A DNA stretch of 64,000 nt from an uncultured Actinomycetota bacterium (lineage in GTDB: Bacteria > Actinomycetota > Thermoleophilia > Gaiellales > Gaiellaceae). Location: NCBI GenBank assembly GCA_963775355.1, contig CAVZJA010000012.1, forward strand, positions 14,795 to 78,794, in the 5' to 3' direction. How positions within the stretch are numbered: position 1 is the first letter of the stretch; each line of letters opens with the position of its first letter. A program made the position numbers and the translations under genes. Below the pieces are notes generated by a model that saw only the letters and a program-made list of their open reading frames with translations, did not search any database and was not told where the DNA came from. Below are positions 59,131 to 64,000 of the stretch, piece after piece.

Positions 59131-59158
59131 CTCGAACGAGTGTACTCGGCGTCTTTGC

Positions 59159-60112
59159 TCAGGCGAACGAGGTCTGCCGGGTGGGCCGGAGGAACACGAT
59201 CTGCCCCTGCTCGAGCTCGAGCCGCTCGACCTCGTCACGTGTGAGCTGGACGGCGAGAGCTTCGCCGTTCTCCCCGACGAGCTCGACCCGAACCTCGAAG
59301 CCCAGATGCACGACCCGTTCGATCATCGCCTCGCGCGTCGAGCCGTTCGGCTCGAGCGTGAGCTCGACGTCATGAGGCCGGACGAAAGCGCCGTCCATAC
59401 GGTTCGCCTGACCCACGAACGTCATGACGAACTCGTTCGCCGGGCGCTCGTACAGCTCACGAGGCCCTGAGACCTGCTCGATCCGGCCCTTGTTCATCAC
59501 GACGACGTTGTCTGCCACTTCCATCGCCTCTTCCTGGTCGTGCGTGACGATGACGGTCGTCGTGTGCGTCTCGTCGTGGAGCCGGCGGAGCCAGATCCGG
59601 AGCTCGGTTCGCACGCGGGCGTCGAGCGCCCCGAACGGCTCATCGAGCAACAGCACGGTGGGGTCGACTGCGAGCGCGCGGGCGAGGCCCATGCGCTGGC
59701 GCTGGCCGCCCGAGAGCTGCGAGGGGTAGCGCTCGGCGAGACCCTCGAGCTGAACCAGCGCGAGGAGCTCGCGAACCCGCGGCTCGATCTCGGACTTCGG
59801 CGCCTTCCTGACCTTCAGCCCGAACGCGACGTTGTCGTGGACGGTCATGTGCTTGAACGCCGCGTAGTGCTGGAATACGAACCCGACCTGGCGCTCCTGG
59901 GGAGGTCGCACGGTGACGTTCTGATCGTCGATGAAGACCGATCCCGTGTCGGGCGTCTCGAGGCCGGCGATGACGCGCAGCAGCGTCGACTTGCCGCTTC
60001 CACTCGGCCCGAGCAGCGCGGTGAGCGACCCTGCGGGGACTTCCAGCGAAATGTCGTCGAGTGCCTTGAACTCGCCGAAGTTCTTCGAGATGTTGCGGGC
60101 GGAGATCGACAT
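59159..60112 (-). CDS. cysA: sulfate/thiosulfate ABC transporter ATP-binding protein
   Basis: [31 protein letters not shown], and a C-terminal TOBE-like domain. Confidence 0.9.
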   Translation of the reverse strand: MSISARNISKNFGEFKALDDISLEVPAGSLTALLGPSGSGKSTLLRVIAGLETPDTGSVFIDDQNVTVRPPQERQVGFVFQHYAAFKHMTVHDNVAFGLKVRKAPKSEIEPRVRELLALVQLEGLAERYPSQLSGGQRQRMGLARALAVDPTVLLLDEPFGALDARVRTELRIWLRRLHDETHTTTVIVTHDQEEAMEVADNVVVMNKGRIEQVSGPRELYERPANEFVMTFVGQANRMDGAFVRPHDVELTLEPNGSTREAMIERVVHLGFEVRVELVGENGEALAVQLTRDEVERLELEQGQIVFLRPTRQTSFA

Positions 60113-60909
60113 CAGAGCGTGGCCTCCTTCGGCCGGATCAGGAGCATCGTGACCAGAACGAGGATGGCGAGCAAGGCGAGCACGAGCGAGATACCGTAGG
60201 CCGGAGCGTAGTTGCCGTACGCGAACTGGTATGCGTCGTCGACGCGGAGAGTGGCGGTCTGGGTCTTGTTCTCGATGTTCCCGGAGACCACCGCCACGGC
60301 GCCGAACTCACCGAGGCAGCGCGCGGTCGTCAGGACGACTCCGTAGATCACTGCCCAGCGGATCGCCGGCAGCGTGATCCGCCAGAACGTCTGCCACTTC
60401 GAGGCGCCGAGGGTGTAAGCCGCCTGCTCCTGCTCCTCGCCGATCTCCCGGAGCGTCGGCACGACCTCGCGGGCGACGAACGGGAGCGACACGAAGAGCG
60501 TCGCGAGGACGATCGACGGCAGGGCGAAGAGCACCTGGAAGTTGTGATCGAGCAGGAAGTGGCCGAACCAGCCGTTGCGCCCGTAGAGCAGGAAGAGCGA
60601 GACGCCGACGACGACGGGCGAAAGCGCGAGCGGAAGGTCGACGAACGCGTTCACGAGCCCCTTGCCGGGGAACCGCCTCCGGACGATCGCGAGGGCGCAA
60701 ACGACGCCGAAGATCGTGTTGAGGGGCACCGCGATCGCCGTCACCTCGAGCGTCAGCTTGAACGCAAGCAGCGTGCTGTGCTGAGTGATCGCGTCCCAGG
60801 CACCGCCGAGGTCCTGGAACGTTCGCCAGAACATCATCACGAGCGGCGCGAGCAGGATGATCGTGAGGTACCCGAGCGAGCCGATCCGGAGGGTGATCTT
60901 GCTAGACAC
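60112..60909 (-). CDS. cysW: sulfate ABC transporter permease
   Basis: [24 protein letters not shown] (EAA loop). The GTG start overlaps the reconstructed cysT stop. Confidence 0.85.
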   Translation of the reverse strand: MSSKITLRIGSLGYLTIILLAPLVMMFWRTFQDLGGAWDAITQHSTLLAFKLTLEVTAIAVPLNTIFGVVCALAIVRRRFPGKGLVNAFVDLPLALSPVVVGVSLFLLYGRNGWFGHFLLDHNFQVLFALPSIVLATLFVSLPFVAREVVPTLREIGEEQEQAAYTLGASKWQTFWRITLPAIRWAVIYGVVLTTARCLGEFGAVAVVSGNIENKTQTATLRVDDAYQFAYGNYAPAYGISLVLALLAILVLVTMLLIRPKEATL

Positions 60910-61697
60910 GCTCGTGCCTCGTTGCGAGCCAGCGCACCCCGCCGATCGCGAGCAGGACGACGAAGGAGATCGTCGAGCAGGACGACCGCTACAGCCGCGG
61001 CTCCGGAGGAGTCCCCGCTCTGGATCCGGAGGTAGATGAAGACCGACGAGACCTCTGTCTTGTACGGCAGGTTGCCCGAGATCAGCACGACGGCGCCGAG
61101 CTCTCCGGTCGCCCGCGCGAACGCCATGGTGACGCCCGACAGGATGCCCGGAAGGATGCTCGGCAGGATGATCCGGCGGAAGACGGTGAGGTTGCTCGCG
61201 CCGAGCGAGCGAGCCGCCTCCTCCATCTCGGAGTCGAGCTCGAGCAGCACGGGTTGGACGGTTCGCACCACGAAGGGCAGGGTGACGAAGAGGAGGGCGA
61301 AGAGGATCGCCGTCCGGGTGAACGCGAGATGGACGCCGACGGGCGACCTCGGGCCGTAGAGCGCGAGCAAGACGAGGCCGGCCACGATCGTCGGCAGCGC
61401 GAACGGCAGGTCGATCACGCTGTTCACGAGCGACTTCCCGCGGAAGTCGTCACGGACGAGCACCCAGGCGATCATCGTCCCGACGACCGCGTTGATCAAC
61501 GCTGCGACGGCAGCGAGCCCGAGGGTCAGCTTCAGCGCGTCGAGCGACTCGGTTGTCGTCACGGTGTCCCAGAACCCGGACCAGCCGTGATGGGTCGACG
61601 AGGCGATCAGCGCCGCGAGCGGGAGGACGACCACCACCCCGAGATAGGTGGCCACAAAGCCGAGCGGGAGGGCCGAGGCGACCCTCCCGCTCGACAC
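60903..61697 (-). pseudogene. cysT: sulfate ABC transporter permease, +1 frameshift near the 3' end (about 60968-60977)
   Basis: EAA loop EMEEAARSLGASNLTVFRRIILP. After ...AAAVAVVLL the frame must shift to read [22 protein letters not shown]-stop (TAG at 60903-60905). Confidence 0.8.
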
Positions 61698-61740
61698 CCG
61701 GGTTACGCGGCCTCGCGGCGGGCGCGAGGCTTCTGCGACG

Positions 61741-62793
61741 CTAGCCAGAGGTGGGCCCTCCGGCCGCGCTTTCGATCTTGACCATGAGGCCCTTGTTCGG
61801 GTCGAACCACTTCACGTCGGCCACGCGCCAGCCGCCGATCGTCTTGTCGTTGACCGTGAACTGGCCCGGCCGGATCGGGTACTGCTTGAACTCCTTGGCG
61901 ACGGCGGGAACGACGGGCCGGAACCCGTTCTGGCCGAAGACCTGCTGCTCGCTGTTCGAGCGGGTGAACTGGATGAACTTGTTCGCGAGGTCCAGGTTCG
62001 GGCTGTTCTTGAGCACCGCGATCGGTAGCTGGATCAGCATCGTCTGCCGCGGGATGATGTACTGGATGTTCTGGCCCTTGAGGCGGGCGTTGATCGCCTC
62101 GCTCTCGTACGTGATCAGCACATCGCCCTTGCCGGAGAGGAACGTGTTGGTCGCGTTCGAGCCCGATGTGTCCTGGGCGACCACGTTCTTGAAGAGCTTG
62201 GCGACGTAGGCCTGCGCCTGGGCGTCGGACTTCCCGAGGTGCCGCTGCGCACCGTAGGCGGCGAGGATGTTCCACTTCGCCGATCCCGAGCTGAACGGAT
62301 TCGGCGTCACGATCTGCACGCCCGGCTTGACCAGGTCGTCCCAGCCCTTGATCTTCTTCGGGTTCCCGTCCCGAAGGGCGAACACGACCACGGTGTCGGC
62401 GGCGATCCCGTTGTAGCCCTGGTGATCCCAGTTCTGATTGACGAGCCCTGCGTCGACGAGCAGGTTGACGTCGTCGCCGGCGGAGAGGAAGACGATGTCT
62501 GCGGGCTGACCGGCGATGACAGCCTTGGCCTGGCTCGTCGAGGGGCCGTACGACTGCGTGAAGTTCACGCCGGAGCCCTGACGCGTCGCCTGGAAGTCGG
62601 AGATGATCTTCGCCATCACGGGCTTCGGCGTCGAGTACGCGATCAGGTTCAGTGTGCCCCCGGTGCTGTGCGTGCTCGCTGCGCGGGCGAGGCCCGGCAT
62701 CAGGTTGAGGCCCGCAAGCGCGGCGCCGCCGGCCACGCCGCGGCGGATCATTGCGGCCCGGTCGAATTTCCGGGCGTCGTCTTCGAAGCTCAT
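61741..62793 (-). CDS. sulfate ABC transporter substrate-binding protein
   Basis: Sbp/CysP-like (NLIAYSTPK...TPNPFSSGSAKWN). RR-containing signal MIRRGVAGGAALAG. The start ATG 62793 has a strong SD; the upstream ORF extension is AT-rich. Confidence 0.85.
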   Translation of the reverse strand: MSFEDDARKFDRAAMIRRGVAGGAALAGLNLMPGLARAASTHSTGGTLNLIAYSTPKPVMAKIISDFQATRQGSGVNFTQSYGPSTSQAKAVIAGQPADIVFLSAGDDVNLLVDAGLVNQNWDHQGYNGIAADTVVVFALRDGNPKKIKGWDDLVKPGVQIVTPNPFSSGSAKWNILAAYGAQRHLGKSDAQAQAYVAKLFKNVVAQDTSGSNATNTFLSGKGDVLITYESEAINARLKGQNIQYIIPRQTMLIQLPIAVLKNSPNLDLANKFIQFTRSNSEQQVFGQNGFRPVVPAVAKEFKQYPIRPGQFTVNDKTIGGWRVADVKWFDPNKGLMVKIESAAGGPTSG

Positions 62794-62940
62794 GTAGTTC
62801 CCTTCTCCTAGTTTGTCCACCGACTTGATGGACTTTCTACCATGAGCAACGCTCATACGTCAAATAAGCACCGGCAGAAGAGGCTTCGAGAGCGGGCACG
62901 GGAACGCTTCTGCCGCCTGCCGCGTTACACTTTGTGAGCG

Positions 62941-63426
62941 ATGTCGCAGACCGCAATCAGCACCGATCGGCTTCAGGCGTGGGTTTCGTTCATCCGCGCC
63001 CACTCGGCGATCACGCGGCAGCTGAACGCCGACCTGCTGAACGAGCACGGGCTGACGCTGAACGACTACGAGGTGCTGCTGATGCTCGCGCGGGCAGACG
63101 GTGGGCGGATGCGCCGCGTCGATCTTGCCCAGACCGTCGTGCTGACCGCCTCGGGGATCACGCGGCTCCTCGACGGGCTCGAGCGCGCCGGCTACGTCGA
63201 GAAGGACGCCTGCCCGACCGATCTGCGCGTCTCCTACGCCAAGCTGACCGTTCGCGGCCAGCAGAAGCTGAAGGACGCTGCGACCACGCACCTGGGTGGG
63301 GTGGAGGAGCTGTTCGTCGGCCGCTACTCCGACGCCGAGCTCGAGTCGCTCGCCGAGCTGCTCGGCCGCCTGCCGCTGCGCGGCAAGGATTGCACCGCTG
63401 AGCACGGCGACGCGCCCTGTGGCTGA
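62941..63426 (+). CDS. MarR family transcriptional regulator
   Basis: LTLNDYEVLLMLA...RRVDLAQTVVLTASGITRLLDGLERAGYVEK, a winged helix. Confidence 0.85.
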   Translation: MSQTAISTDRLQAWVSFIRAHSAITRQLNADLLNEHGLTLNDYEVLLMLARADGGRMRRVDLAQTVVLTASGITRLLDGLERAGYVEKDACPTDLRVSYAKLTVRGQQKLKDAATTHLGGVEELFVGRYSDAELESLAELLGRLPLRGKDCTAEHGDAPCG

Positions 63427-63598
63427 CCGCCGCCCGCGGCCCGTCTACTGGAAACCGACCTACCCGACGCGCGTCATGCGCGAGCGCGCGTTCGCCAAGC
63501 GGGAGCTCGAGCGTGAGCAGATGCTGCGCGCGACGGCGGGCCCGTCGCTCCTGGCGCGGCTCAGGGCGCGCCTTCGGGCTAGCCGAAGAAGGTCTTAG
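63419..63598 (+). CDS. possible small basic protein (59 aa), unverified
   Basis: The GTG overlaps the MarR stop by 8 nt. GC3 is high through most of the ORF (RPVYWKPTYPTRVMRERAFAKRELEREQML...). No family recognised. Confidence 0.25.
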   Translation: MADRRPRPVYWKPTYPTRVMRERAFAKRELEREQMLRATAGPSLLARLRARLRASRRRS

Positions 63599-64000
63599 CG
63601 GTCTCGTACCAGGAGTCCGGTACGAGCTTGAGCTCGGCGGTCGCCTCGGTGAGCGGCACGGAGACGACATCGTCGCCGTGCAGCGCGGCCATCTGGCCCC
63701 ACTTGCCGCCGACGACCAGATCGGCCGCCTCGAGCCCGAAGCGGAGCCCGAGCACGCGGTCGCGGGGCGTCGGGCTGCCGCCGCGCTGGATGTAGCCGAG
63801 GACGGTTGCCCTCGCCTGCATGCCGGTGCGGGCCTCGATCTCCTGCGCGACGGTCTCGCCGACGTTGCGGTTCTCGACGCGCGCGTGGCCGAACTCGTCG
63901 AGCTCGCCCTCGTCGCTGACGCCGGGAAGCTCCGAGCCCTCGCTCGCGACGATCACGGAGAAGTTCTTGCCGCGTGAGCGCCGGCGCTCGACGGCGGCCG
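63579..64000 (-). CDS. pfkA: 6-phosphofructokinase, C-terminal part (gene continues beyond window end)
   Basis: VLGYIQRGGSPTPRDRVLG and the C-terminus ...WYETAKTFFG. Confidence 0.85.
   Translation of the reverse strand, partial: AAVERRRSRGKNFSVIVASEGSELPGVSDEGELDEFGHARVENRNVGETVAQEIEARTGMQARATVLGYIQRGGSPTPRDRVLGLRFGLEAADLVVGGKWGQMAALHGDDVVSVPLTEATAELKLVPDSWYETAKTFFG

Noticed and set aside
62794-62856. A 21-codon N-terminal extension of the sulfate-binding protein ORF (MSVAHGRKSIKSVDKLGEGNY).
   Set aside because: The codon usage is AT-rich and atypical. It contains the strong SD GGAGAAGGGA for ATG 62793 and overlaps the palindromic operator candidates.

Overview
This is a very GC-rich bacterial chromosomal segment; third codon positions are almost uniformly G/C. 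Gene content and order look like a high-GC Gram-positive (Actinomycetota-like); this placement is inference only.

**Gene content.** The window is mostly core housekeeping:
- lysA, leuS, comEA-comEC-holA, rpsT, murJ
- lepA-(orf)-hemW-hrcA-dnaJ-prmA, mtaB, a HIT protein, a YqeY-like protein
- phoH-ybeY-dgkA/PAP2-cdd-era
- deoC plus aldehyde dehydrogenases, livHMGF, tRNA-Leu(CAA)
- crcB-DUF190 behind a fluoride riboswitch
- polA, rpsA, coaE, and a sulfate ABC operon (sbp-cysTWA) with divergent MarR

A small accessory block sits at 0-5.7 kb, and a four-gene block of predicted secreted proteins sits at 37.6-43.3 kb. I see no transposase, integrase, prophage, CRISPR or recognisable defence island.

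**Observations worth a second look:**
1. There are about 20 or more reading-frame breaks. Every one I traced is explained by a single-base insertion. They are densely clustered at 25.3-28.7 kb (a zinc-ribbon/cyclase/STAND-NTPase/TPR gene and phoH) and scattered singly in lysA, mtaB/HIT, an ALDH, capA-like, DUF3160, larA-like and cysT. The uniform sign points to consensus error more than biology.
2. An intergenic motif family has the form TGTGGA-N4-CCGGCAC-N4-CYGGCAC, with heptads 11 bp apart. Two 66-nt copies directly flank leuS, and a third lies upstream of the secreted-protein operon.
3. A perfect 37-nt hairpin-forming direct repeat pair is wedged between ybeY and dgkA.
4. The fluoride riboswitch has an alternative helix that masks the SD/start of a 13-codon uORF, which is stop-start coupled to crcB.
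5. The leuS 5' leader is structured and ends in a terminator-like hairpin.
6. Two CTGA stop/start overlaps (comEA/comEC, dnaJ/prmA) imply CTG initiation.
7. There is a pnuC remnant and an internally deleted ALDH paralogue.

All coordinates come from manual reading, and start codons are often uncertain.
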